Source: Candidatus Acidiferrales bacterium
GTDB lineage: Bacteria > Acidobacteriota > Terriglobia > Acidiferrales > UBA7541
NCBI GenBank assembly: GCA_050014735.1
Contig: JBEKCU010000003.1
Location: forward strand, 1 to 61,439
DNA length: 61,439 bases
Direction: 5' to 3'
Part shown: positions 17,714 through 27,790 of the stretch, in pieces
How positions within the stretch are numbered: the stretch's first letter is position 1
Layout: the number at the start of each line of letters is the position of its first letter
Translations under genes and position numbers: made by a program
The notes under the pieces: generated by a model
What the model was told of the DNA's origin: nothing
Seen by the model: the letters and a program-made list of their open reading frames with translations, nothing else
Database searches by the model: none

Positions 17714-19222
17714 TCACTTCGTCCGATTTTTCAAAATTTTCAAGAAAGAGCCCATGTGCAATTCTTGGGCAGTTACTCCAGTCAGGCGTTCCGCTTCTGC
17801 TTCACCGATCGCCCTGCAATTGATTGCCCGCAAGAAATAATTCAGCAGGCCTTGACCCGTGGCGGCATCGTCAAACACGTCTCCGACGAGCGTGGCTTTG
17901 GCCGCTTTCTCGACGAAATTTTTCAGACGAGCGGCTGCGGAATCCAGCCCTTCCAGAAAAAACGAATACACCGCGGCGTACCGCGTCGGGAGCTGCGCGG
18001 GGTGCAGGTCCCATCCCTGGTAATACGCCGTAACCAGCGAATGCCAAATGTGGCCGTAGTGCAGACGCCATGCACGGTGGACGGCTTCGCGATTTTCCTG
18101 GAGTTGAACGCGCGTTAGTCGCCCGCCCTTTTCCGCGCGATGCGGCGCGGCGGGGAGAATATTCGTGGCGCCGTCGGAAAGCCAGATCCCTGTGCCCGCG
18201 AAGGCGACCTGCATCATGTGCTTTGCAAAATCGCACGCGGGATGATCCATCGTTTGGTAGGCAGCCGTGATGCTGCAACTCGCCGTGTAATCGTACGTCC
18301 CAAAATGCGCGGCGACACATCGGCCCGCCGAAGCCTCCAGCAGCAGCGGCAAAGTCGACTCTCCGCGGTGGTCCATGATTGCTTGGGTGGTTTCGATCAT
18401 GATCTCGAACCGCAGCGATCCTTTTTCAAGGTCCAGCGCGGGCTCCATGGCATCGAACAATTTGGCCAGGGCCGCCGGCTGCTCGGGGATCACGACTTTC
18501 GGCAACGTGACAACGAAGTTCCGAGGGAGGCGGCCACTCGTCGCCTGACCGAGCGTGCTCAGAAAAAGATCGAGTGTTCGAATGCTGCGGTCGCGCAGGT
18601 CCGGCGAGAACGGCTTGATTCGGATTCCAATGAACGGCGGAAGCGAGCCTTCGGCCATGCCTCGCGCCACCTCTTCGGCGGCAACTTTCGCGTGCTGGTC
18701 CTCTTCCGCGTCGGGGCGATTTCCGTAGCCGTCCTCAAAGTCGATGCGAAAATCTTCGACTGGCTCTCGCCGTATTTTTTCAAGCACGCGCGCGTAAATC
18801 GTTTGGGCCAGCCAAGCCGCACGGTTTTCGTACCTGAGCTTTTCCGGCGATTTGGCGAATCGCCGCCCGGCCGCTGCTGTTCGTGCCGCGGATTTTGGCA
18901 GAGTTTCGGCTCCAGGCAATCCCGCAGCGCGCGCAAACGTGAATGCGTCGGGAGCATACTCTTTCAGCGACGCTAGCGCCAGCTCGCCCAGCCGTCTTGC
19001 GGTGTCCGCCCGGAAGAGATGCGCACCGCCGTAGACAGTGTGAACGGGCTGGCGGCGTCCCGTCTCACCCGGATAGCGCCGTGTGAATTCGTTGGATGCC
19101 TCCTCCAAGTTCCCGATTGCCGTGCGCACCGCCGCGCCGGAGAGAGAAGTTTTCATCATTTTCACTTCTTGCTCCATTCCTTCGCGTCCATTTTCGGCGC
19201 TGTCTTCGGTCGCGGTCCTCAA
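17714..19222 (-). CDS. Malate-synthase / HpcH-citrate-lyase-superfamily TIM-barrel enzyme, function unknown
   Basis: Blocks RIDFEDGYG, VVTLPKV, RFEIMIETTQAI and AAHFGTYDYTASC resemble the xDFEDx, LPKxE and GxNxGRWDYxFS blocks of malate synthase and related lyases, at low identity. The start is uncertain (TTG 19222; ATGs at 19177 and 19159). Confidence 0.6.
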   Translation of the reverse strand: MRTATEDSAENGREGMEQEVKMMKTSLSGAAVRTAIGNLEEASNEFTRRYPGETGRRQPVHTVYGGAHLFRADTARRLGELALASLKEYAPDAFTFARAAGLPGAETLPKSAARTAAAGRRFAKSPEKLRYENRAAWLAQTIYARVLEKIRREPVEDFRIDFEDGYGNRPDAEEDQHAKVAAEEVARGMAEGSLPPFIGIRIKPFSPDLRDRSIRTLDLFLSTLGQATSGRLPRNFVVTLPKVVIPEQPAALAKLFDAMEPALDLEKGSLRFEIMIETTQAIMDHRGESTLPLLLEASAGRCVAAHFGTYDYTASCSITAAYQTMDHPACDFAKHMMQVAFAGTGIWLSDGATNILPAAPHRAEKGGRLTRVQLQENREAVHRAWRLHYGHIWHSLVTAYYQGWDLHPAQLPTRYAAVYSFFLEGLDSAAARLKNFVEKAAKATLVGDVFDDAATGQGLLNYFLRAINCRAIGEAEAERLTGVTAQELHMGSFLKILKNRTK

Positions 19223-19504
19223 ACCGAGCGGGCGTCATGCGCCACTTGGGCCGCGCCTATGTTAAACGTGCGGTGGGTAAGATTCAAATGCCAAGCGGGG
19301 ATCGGATGCAGGCACTGAAAAAAGCGAACCTGATAGATCTAACCGGACTGGAAAGCCGCCAAGCCGAACTGCGGACGGCTGGAATGAGCCGTTAAGGACA
19401 CAAGCCAATCCGTTAGCATAGGGATAGGGATGTGACGACATGACCTCATCGCGCTCATTTTAAGAGCGGCGACGAGCATCCCTCGGCTTCTCGTTCTCCC
19501 TGCG

Positions 19505-19813
19505 TTATGCCGGTGAACCCATGGACCGCCTCTGCTGGAAACATTCCCGGCAGAATACGGGCCGACCCTGCGTCGGGCGGAAAGGAACCGTGGTTTCCTT
19601 TCCGCACTGCGAGCAGGTAGTTTTGGTCTCCGACCGCTGGAAACTGCTGCTGCTGCCTTGGCCCGGGTTCTGAGAGCGCTTGGACTTGCAATCCTTACAC
19701 CGCTTGGGCTCATTTTTGAAGCCCTTGTCGGCGAAGAACATCTGCTCGCCGGCGGTGAAAACGAACTCCGAACTGCAGTCCGAACACTTCAGGACCTTAT
19801 CGTGGTATTCCAT
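19505..19813 (-). CDS. Small double CxxC zinc-ribbon protein
   Basis: From ATG 19813: MEYHDKVLKCSDCSSEFVFTAGEQMFFADKGFKNEPKRCKDCK...CSQCGKETTVPFRPTQGRPVFCRECF. This gives two CxxC...CxxC ribbons. Confidence 0.7.
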   Translation of the reverse strand: MEYHDKVLKCSDCSSEFVFTAGEQMFFADKGFKNEPKRCKDCKSKRSQNPGQGSSSSFQRSETKTTCSQCGKETTVPFRPTQGRPVFCRECFQQRRSMGSPA

Positions 19814-19971
19814 ACGCTGCTCCGTGGCTCCGCGCTGGTGAGGAGCCCGCAGTATCTTCGTTTGAGTCAGATTTTGCTTGGGATTCACCGGGGTTGAGCC
19901 TGGGTCCCATTTCCGACTCTTTCGAAGGTGCTTAGGAAATCCCGTGGGTCGTGTTGCTGGCCTGGCGGAGC

Positions 19972-20169
19972 TTAATCCAGCTCCCGACGCTGCTTCTTGC
20001 GCAGCCGCTTACGCGATAACGCCTGCTTCGCGCGACGCTTTTCTCCAGGCTTCATGTAGTAGCTGTGCTTCTTTATTTCTTTAATAATGTCTTCCTGTTG
20101 CACTTTGCGCTTGAACCGGCGCAGCGCATTTTCCAGAGACTCACCTTCCTGAATGCTTACTTCAGCCAC
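19972..20169 (-). CDS. rpsU: 30S ribosomal protein S21
   Basis: 65 aa: AEVSIQEGESLENALRRFKRKVQQEDIIKEIKKHSYYMKPGEKRRAK... GTG start. Confidence 0.95.
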   Translation of the reverse strand: MAEVSIQEGESLENALRRFKRKVQQEDIIKEIKKHSYYMKPGEKRRAKQALSRKRLRKKQRRELD

Positions 20170-20430
20170 CTAGACTTCACCGTCCTTCCGATGCATGCGG
20201 CAATTATTGCGGTTTGTCATTATAGGTACGAGAGGTACATCCTATATATGCGTATTGGCACTCACTTCTATCGGACCCGTTCATCGATGTCAAGCTTTGT
20301 TTTTCGACGCTGAGGACACGTTCCCGGCCACCCGGATAGGCCGTATAAGACTTATCGCTTTCCCTGTTAGAATATCCGGGCGGAAAATACCTTCCCGGGC
20401 ATTCCGGGATGCAGACAAAAGAGATGCCTC

Positions 20431-21657
20431 ATGATGCGTGATGCGATCGGTGTTCTATTGGCTGGCGGACAGGGTGAACGCCTGTGGCCTTTGACGCGAG
20501 ACCGCGCGAAGCCGGCCGTACCGTTCGGCGGCGTTTATCGCATCATTGATGTCACGCTTTCTAATTGCATTAACAGCGATCTACGCCGCGTCTTCGTTCT
20601 GACCCAGTACAAAGCGCTGTCGCTCAACCGGCACATCCGCCAGGGATGGTCGCAACTGCTGGGGTTGGGCGAATTTATCGAAGTGTTGCCGCCCCAGATG
20701 CGTGTTTCCACGAATTGGTATTTAGGCACGGCCGATGCCGTCTATCAGAACATCTATTCGATCGGCAGCGAGCACTCGCGATACGTCATCATTCTTTCCG
20801 GCGACCACATCTATAAAATGAACTACCAGAAAATGCTCCAGCAGCATGTGGACTCCGGCGCGGATGTGACCGTGGCCACGCTGGAAGTCAGCGCTCCGGA
20901 AGCGGCGGGACGATTCGGGGTGATTGAAACTGACGCGAACTGGCGCGTCAATGGATTCGAGGAAAAGCCCGCTTCACCGAAGCGCTCGCACCTGCATCCG
21001 GACATGGTGAACGCGTCGATGGGCGTCTACGTGTTCAATACGCAACTCCTGATCCCGGCTCTGCTGGCCGATGCCGAGGACCCGAATTCAAAACATGATT
21101 TCGGACGCGATATCTTGCCGCGCATCTTTTCAAAATACCGGGTGTATGCCTACAATTTCATCGATGAAAATAAAGTAGGCCCGCAATACTGGCGCGACGT
21201 TGGAACGGTGGAAGCTTATTACGAAGCCAACATGGACCTTGTTTCCGTCTCTCCCATTTTCAATCTCTACGATAAGACGTGGCCGCTGCGCACGTGGCAG
21301 CATCAATACCCGCCGGTAAAAACTGTGTTTGCGGATCCCACGCGCATGGGCTCCGCGCTCGATTCCATCGTGGCCGGCGGTTCGATCATCTCCGGGGGAC
21401 GCGTGAATCGCTCCGTTGTGGGATACGACGTGCGGATCAATAGCTACAGCGAAGTGGAAAGTTCGATCTTGTTCAATCACGTGAACATCGGTCGCCACGC
21501 CCGCATTCGCAATGCCATCATCGACCGCCACGTCACGATTCCAGAGCGGGCGCAAATCGGTTATGACTGCGATGCGGACCGCCAGCGCTATCACGTAACC
21601 GAAACCGGCGTGGTTGTCGTTGTCCGGGAAGAATCCATGATCGAGGAACCGGAATGA
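20431..21657 (+). CDS. glgC: Glucose-1-phosphate adenylyltransferase
   Basis: LAGGQGERLWPLTRDRAKPAVPFGG.YRIIDVTLSNCINS, GTADAV and the C-terminal left-handed beta-helix region. Confidence 0.95.
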   Translation: MMRDAIGVLLAGGQGERLWPLTRDRAKPAVPFGGVYRIIDVTLSNCINSDLRRVFVLTQYKALSLNRHIRQGWSQLLGLGEFIEVLPPQMRVSTNWYLGTADAVYQNIYSIGSEHSRYVIILSGDHIYKMNYQKMLQQHVDSGADVTVATLEVSAPEAAGRFGVIETDANWRVNGFEEKPASPKRSHLHPDMVNASMGVYVFNTQLLIPALLADAEDPNSKHDFGRDILPRIFSKYRVYAYNFIDENKVGPQYWRDVGTVEAYYEANMDLVSVSPIFNLYDKTWPLRTWQHQYPPVKTVFADPTRMGSALDSIVAGGSIISGGRVNRSVVGYDVRINSYSEVESSILFNHVNIGRHARIRNAIIDRHVTIPERAQIGYDCDADRQRYHVTETGVVVVVREESMIEEPE

Positions 21658-21816
21658 GGAAGCCAGTCAGAGCCGAAAGATGAGAGTCAAGACCAAGAGA
21701 TCCCGTGGCTAAGTTTTGCCCATAGCAGTTTGCGCTTACCGATCGACTCCGGGCTGTCTTTCGATCTGAGTTCATCGGTATTCATCTGTGGTTCCATCTC
21801 GGTTTGAAATTCTTGA

Positions 21817-23130
<1,314 letters not shown>

Positions 23131-23268
23131 TTGGAATTTTTGCACGACTGTCTTCGCAAACTAAAATGGCGAGAAAGGTGAGTCTATGCGATCACCAACG
23201 AGCCTTACACCAACTCGGGGTTCGCGCGGCGCTCACAAGAGGCGGGAGTCAAGTACGCAATCCCAATT

Positions 23269-23892
23269 GGTAGTGTCTCAGTTTGAAGTTGCGCCGTCCG
23301 CGGTGTAATCTCCAGCAAATGGTACCCCTGCCGATCCCGGTGGCCTTGGTTCCTTACGACCCCGAATGGCCGAATCTGGCAAAAATGCATTCAGCACGGT
23401 TGTCGATGCTCGGTTCGGTCCTTGTGATCGTTCATCATATAGGCTCGACTTCGGTGCCCGGCTTGGCCGCCAAACCGATCATAGACTTGATGCCATTGGT
23501 AGTCAGTTTGAGTGATCTGGATCGAGAACGGTCGCGTATAGAGACGCTCGGGTACGGTTGGCATGGGGAACTGGGGATACCGGGGCGTCGTTATTGCACC
23601 CTTTCGGACGAATTGGGTAACCGCATCGTTCAGCTACATTTCTTCTTGGCGAATTCACCGCAAGCAACGCGGCATCTTGCTTTCAGAGACTACTTGCGCG
23701 CCCATCCGGAGGAGCTGAAGGCTTACGAAAAGGAAAAGCAGAGGGCGCGCGACCTCTATCCAAGCGATTCCCATACTTACTCAGATGAGAAAGCCGCATG
23801 GATTCGGGCTACGGAAACCAAAGCATTGAGGTGGCTCGACTTGCAACAATCCGAGCATCATCACTAACCGAAAATCAATCTGAGACACTACC
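23269..23892. mobile_element. Transposase-less passenger cassette (MIC/MITE-like) carrying GrpB
   Basis: Perfect 13-bp terminal inverted repeats: GGTAGTGTCTCAG (23269-23281) and CTGAGACACTACC (23880-23892). They are directly abutted on the outside by perfect 8-bp direct repeats TCCCAATT (23261-23268 and 23893-23900). Confidence 0.6.
23319..23867 (+). CDS. GrpB/UPF0157-family (nucleotidyltransferase-fold) protein
   Basis: VALVPYDPEWPNLA...HHIGSTSVPGLAAKPIIDLMPLV...FRDYLRAHPEELKAYEKEK, typical of GrpB. I prefer ATG 23319 over the ORF-track TTG at 23283. Confidence 0.8.
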   Translation: MVPLPIPVALVPYDPEWPNLAKMHSARLSMLGSVLVIVHHIGSTSVPGLAAKPIIDLMPLVVSLSDLDRERSRIETLGYGWHGELGIPGRRYCTLSDELGNRIVQLHFFLANSPQATRHLAFRDYLRAHPEELKAYEKEKQRARDLYPSDSHTYSDEKAAWIRATETKALRWLDLQQSEHHH

Positions 23893-23944
23893 TCCCAATT
23901 ATTTTAGAGGCAATTCACACGAAATTCGCGTACACTAGTTTCGT

Positions 23945-24163
23945 ATGAAAAATGTCACCCTCAGTGCTGACGACGAACTAATCGAACGCGCTCGCCAAGT
24001 GGCCCGTTCCCAAAATAAGACACTCAATTCCGTCTTTCGCGAATGGCTACTGCAATTTACGCAGCAGGCCGGAAGCGCCCAGGAATATTCTTCCCTCATG
24101 AAGCGTCTGCGCCACGTGCGGCCCGGACGCCGCTTCACTCGCGACGAAATGAATGAGCGGTAA
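23945..24163 (+). CDS. vapB: Type II antitoxin (VapB-like)
   Basis: 72 aa, MKNVTLSADDELIERARQVARSQNKTLNSVFREWL. Overlaps the downstream PIN gene by 11 nt. Confidence 0.7.
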   Translation: MKNVTLSADDELIERARQVARSQNKTLNSVFREWLLQFTQQAGSAQEYSSLMKRLRHVRPGRRFTRDEMNER

Positions 24164-24575
24164 ATACTTTCTCGATACAAATATCTTCGTCTACTCATTC
24201 GACGTGGATGCACCCGCGAAGGCTGAGCGTGCGACCGAGTTGATTACCGACGCCGTCACCACTCGGAAAGGGATGGTCAGCTATCAAGTCGTTCAGGAAT
24301 TTTTCAACGTCGCGCTGCGGCGTTTTCGAAATCCTCTAAGCGCTGACGAGGCCCAGCAGTATCTGAGCGCGGTTCTTCGTCCCTTGCTGGTCGTGCATTC
24401 TTCAGAGGCATTGGTCAGGGAAGCCCTGGAAATCTCCGCACGCTATCAAGTTCCATGGTACGACGCGTTGATCATCAGGGGAGCCATACAGGCTCAATGT
24501 GAGATTCTCTACTCCGAAGACTTTCAACATGGCCAGAGATTTGACACGGTCAAAATCCAGAATCCATTCCTCTAG
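24153..24575 (+). CDS. vapC: PIN-domain toxin (VapC)
   Basis: 140 aa, YFLDTNIFVY...E...WYDALI...SED, the PIN acidic residue pattern. Confidence 0.85.
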   Translation: MSGKYFLDTNIFVYSFDVDAPAKAERATELITDAVTTRKGMVSYQVVQEFFNVALRRFRNPLSADEAQQYLSAVLRPLLVVHSSEALVREALEISARYQVPWYDALIIRGAIQAQCEILYSEDFQHGQRFDTVKIQNPFL

Positions 24576-24657
24576 ATAGGATCAATCGCTTTTTATGCGA
24601 CGGGATCTACCGCTTACATTCGCATTTATTCGGAGTATTCGTGTAATCTAAGTCGCC

Positions 24658-26220
24658 ATGCGAAAACGACCGAAACCAATTGTACTGACCGTGCTCGATG
24701 GATGGGGCTACCGCGCCGAAACCAAGGGAAACGCAATTGCCCTCGCCCGGAAACCGAATTACGACCGCCTGCTTAAGGATTTTCCCAACACGCTGATCCA
24801 AACCTCCGGGCCGTTCGTTGGACTGCCCGAAGGGCAAATGGGTAACAGCGAAGTGGGCCACATGAACATGGGCGCGGGCCGCATCGTTCACATGGATATC
24901 ACGCGCATCGACCTGATGATCGCGAACGGGGAATTTTTCAAGCAGCCGCTGCTGGTCGAGGCCATGGAACGCGGCCGCGCTCGGAACCTGCACTTGCTGG
25001 GCCTGCTTAGCGATGGCGGTGTTCACTCGCACTTGCAGCACCTTTACGCGCTGCTGCGGATGGCGCGCGAGCAGCACGTCGAGCGTGTCTTCATTCATTG
25101 CTTCATGGACGGGCGCGATACTCCTCCGCACAGCGGCGTTGAATTCACTCAGCAATTGCAGCAAAAAATTCGTGAGATCGGTTGCGGGCGCATCGCGTCG
25201 CTGACCGGCCGCTATTATGCGATGGACCGCGACAATCGATGGGAACGCGTCGAGCGCGCCTATCGCAACGTCGTTCACGGCGAGGCCCCAGTGAAAGCGG
25301 CGGACCCAGTCGAAGCCGTGCGCCGCAGCTACGAACGCGGCAAGACGGACGAATTCATTGAACCCATCGTGATTACCGCAGGCGCTTCGCCGTCCGCGCC
25401 TCCTGTCGGACCGATTCGCGACGACGATGCCGTAATTTTCTTCAATTTCCGGGCCGACCGCGCCCGGCAGATGACGCGCGCCATCGCCGAACCGGGATTC
25501 AAGGAGTTTGCCGATCCGAAGCGCCCAACGAACCTTTGCTACGTCGCGATGACGCAATACGACAAGGCTTGGCCGTGGCTGCGGTACGTGATTGCTCCCG
25601 AAAAGATCGCGCACATTCTGGCCCAAGTGTTTGCAGAGCAAAACCTGAAAAATCTTCGCTGCGCGGAAACCGAAAAATACGCGCACGTAACATATTTTTT
25701 TAACGGCGGAGTCGAGAAGCCGTTTGGCGGCGAGGAGCGCGTCATGGTGCCCTCGCCCAAAGTGCCCACCTACGACCTGAAACCGGAAATGAGCGCCGCC
25801 GGAGTCGCCGACACAATCGTCAAGGCCGTCGAAAAAGGAGACTTCGACGCCATCGTGATGAACTTCGCCAATGCCGACATGGTAGGCCACTCTGGAAAAC
25901 TTGAAGCCACAATCAAAGCGGTCGAAACCGTGGACGAGTGTTTGGGCCGCATTCGGCAGGTTTTACATCCGCGCGGCGGCGCATGGATCATCACCGCGGA
26001 TCACGGCAACGCCGAAACCATGATCGATCCGGTCACAGGCGGCCCGCATACTTACCACACAACGAATCCCGTACCGTTGATCATTGCGACCGAAGATGGC
26101 ACCGGGCCGCTGGCGCCCGGCGGTTCGCTGCGCGATATTGCACCGACGCTGCTGGGAGTGCTGGGACTTCCCGTGCCTGGAGAAATGACGGGGCACGATT
26201 TGAGGCTGAAGAAGGCGTGA
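24658..26220 (+). CDS. gpmI: 2,3-bisphosphoglycerate-independent phosphoglycerate mutase
   Basis: [52 protein letters not shown]. Confidence 0.95.
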   Translation: MRKRPKPIVLTVLDGWGYRAETKGNAIALARKPNYDRLLKDFPNTLIQTSGPFVGLPEGQMGNSEVGHMNMGAGRIVHMDITRIDLMIANGEFFKQPLLVEAMERGRARNLHLLGLLSDGGVHSHLQHLYALLRMAREQHVERVFIHCFMDGRDTPPHSGVEFTQQLQQKIREIGCGRIASLTGRYYAMDRDNRWERVERAYRNVVHGEAPVKAADPVEAVRRSYERGKTDEFIEPIVITAGASPSAPPVGPIRDDDAVIFFNFRADRARQMTRAIAEPGFKEFADPKRPTNLCYVAMTQYDKAWPWLRYVIAPEKIAHILAQVFAEQNLKNLRCAETEKYAHVTYFFNGGVEKPFGGEERVMVPSPKVPTYDLKPEMSAAGVADTIVKAVEKGDFDAIVMNFANADMVGHSGKLEATIKAVETVDECLGRIRQVLHPRGGAWIITADHGNAETMIDPVTGGPHTYHTTNPVPLIIATEDGTGPLAPGGSLRDIAPTLLGVLGLPVPGEMTGHDLRLKKA

Positions 26221-26292
26221 TTGGTGACTGGTGACTTGTGATTGGTGACCCGCGCCTGGCGTGTTGTGACGAATTCGTCGTGACGGGTGACG
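26221..26292. repeat. Degenerate tandem (T)TGGTGAC array plus GACGAATTCGTC palindrome
   Basis: TTGGTGAC TGGTGAC TTGTGAT TGGTGAC, then three further GTGAC copies. Lies immediately after the gpmI stop. Confidence 0.4.
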
Positions 26293-26399
26293 GCTCGCAT
26301 CCCCATCATCCACGCTCGCGCGATTTCAAATCTCACATTTCAAATTTCAAAACGTAAAGTTCAGATTTTGTTCTTCACATTCCCTGGCGGCTTTCCACG

Positions 26400-27590
26400 T
26401 CAAGTCGATGCGCGCATGACATCGGCCAGAAATTTCACCAGACGAAGTTCCTCGCGCCACGAAGCGGCCTTCTCTGGGTCGACATGGGAGAATGCGGGAG
26501 TGATTAAGGCCTCTCGCAGGTATGGCTGTGGGATTTCTCTTTCCAGCCAGAGGCTTTCCGTGGACGGGATGATATCGTCCGTCAATCCGTGCAAGATGAA
26601 GACTGGCACGTGAAGCTCGCTCAGGTGTCTCTGCGGCGAAAGCGCGGCCAATTGCGATTGGTCCATCTGAATCGCGTCCAGCAATCTGGGACGCAATCGG
26701 GCGATCTGACGCTCCATCAGCAAATCCATCGTGGCCCGGCCCCCGGGACTGAGGCGCGCGAGCAGCGGCTGCGCTTTTTGCGGCTGTTCCCATAGCCAAT
26801 ACCGGAGCGCGTCGTGCGCAACGCTTAGGTCGCTTGCGTCGAAGAACTGGTCCAAATGCGAGTAAACAAAAACGGCCGCCCCGTAATCATGCGCAGTGTA
26901 GGGTTCGAGCCGTCCGCCGGGGAGTTCGGCCTGGCTGGTCGCGAGAAAGCGCGAAACCCGTCCAAGATCATCGTAGGCGCCCATCAGTAGCAATGCTCGA
27001 ATATGTGGCCCGTAGCGAGGATCGCAAGCCGCCAGGAGCGCGAGACCGCCGGCAAAACTGATTCCCACGACGGTCACAGGACCGCCGCCAAGCCGCTTCT
27101 GCAGCCATGCCGGCGATTCCCCAATCGTCGCAACCGAAGCGCTGTCGACGCGGTAGTCGGCCAAGGCCGCAACTTCTGGGGTGAGCACGGCGAAGCCACT
27201 TCCAGCGGCCGCGCGCGCAAAACTCACCAGGCGAGGTTCATCGATGCCCAGGTGATGGATGCCATGAACAAGAACCATGCCAGCCGGATGCGCAACACCG
27301 CTAGGCATGTAAAGGCGCGCCCGCACCGAATTGTTTACCTGAGGCAGCGTGATCTCTTGCGCCTCCACCGAGTGAGTTTCCAAGCGCAGGAACACGCCGG
27401 ACGCTTGAGGATCCAGAAAATGGATTAATACGGCATAGCTGCGAAGATCATAGCGAAGGCCGTAAAAAACAATCGTCAACAGAAATACCACGGACAGACA
27501 CATCCACCACGCGCTGACGCAGTTTCGCGAACGACCCCGATTTGACGTCTCCCCTGTCGCCGTCTTGTTCTGGATTACGTCGAAGTTCAT
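26400..27590 (-). CDS. Membrane-anchored alpha/beta-fold hydrolase
   Basis: From ATG 27590: N-terminal TM (WWMCLSVVFLLTIVFYGL), HG oxyanion region (MVLVHGIHH), nucleophile elbow VVGISFAGG, and a C-terminal HG...D...H region. Confidence 0.7.
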   Translation of the reverse strand: MNFDVIQNKTATGETSNRGRSRNCVSAWWMCLSVVFLLTIVFYGLRYDLRSYAVLIHFLDPQASGVFLRLETHSVEAQEITLPQVNNSVRARLYMPSGVAHPAGMVLVHGIHHLGIDEPRLVSFARAAAGSGFAVLTPEVAALADYRVDSASVATIGESPAWLQKRLGGGPVTVVGISFAGGLALLAACDPRYGPHIRALLLMGAYDDLGRVSRFLATSQAELPGGRLEPYTAHDYGAAVFVYSHLDQFFDASDLSVAHDALRYWLWEQPQKAQPLLARLSPGGRATMDLLMERQIARLRPRLLDAIQMDQSQLAALSPQRHLSELHVPVFILHGLTDDIIPSTESLWLEREIPQPYLREALITPAFSHVDPEKAASWREELRLVKFLADVMRAST

Positions 27591-27790
27591 GAGATTGCCG
27601 CGAAGTGCCGCATCCGTGCGGGTCTCGTCCGCGAGAATATCCAAGCACAGCCACAAAAGCAAAAAGGGTTGAGGTCCCGGTCGAGGTGAGGCAGGAACAA
27701 GTTGTGGCGCGGGCATCTTGCCGGCGATTCGCCTATCCTGGCCACCGAAAACCCGCCGGGACGATGCCGGCGCTACTGTCCCAGGGATTT

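Noticed and set aside
24607-25890. 427-aa minus-strand ORF antisense to gpmI
   Set aside because: gpmI on the plus strand is unmistakable. The antisense translation is low-complexity (R/A/G/V/H-rich) with no motif. Long antisense ORFs are expected in GC-rich coding DNA.
26221-26292. Tandem GGTGAC units as a possible CRISPR or mini-array
   Set aside because: The units are 7-8 nt with no spacers. This is far below CRISPR repeat/spacer dimensions, and no cas genes are present in the window.
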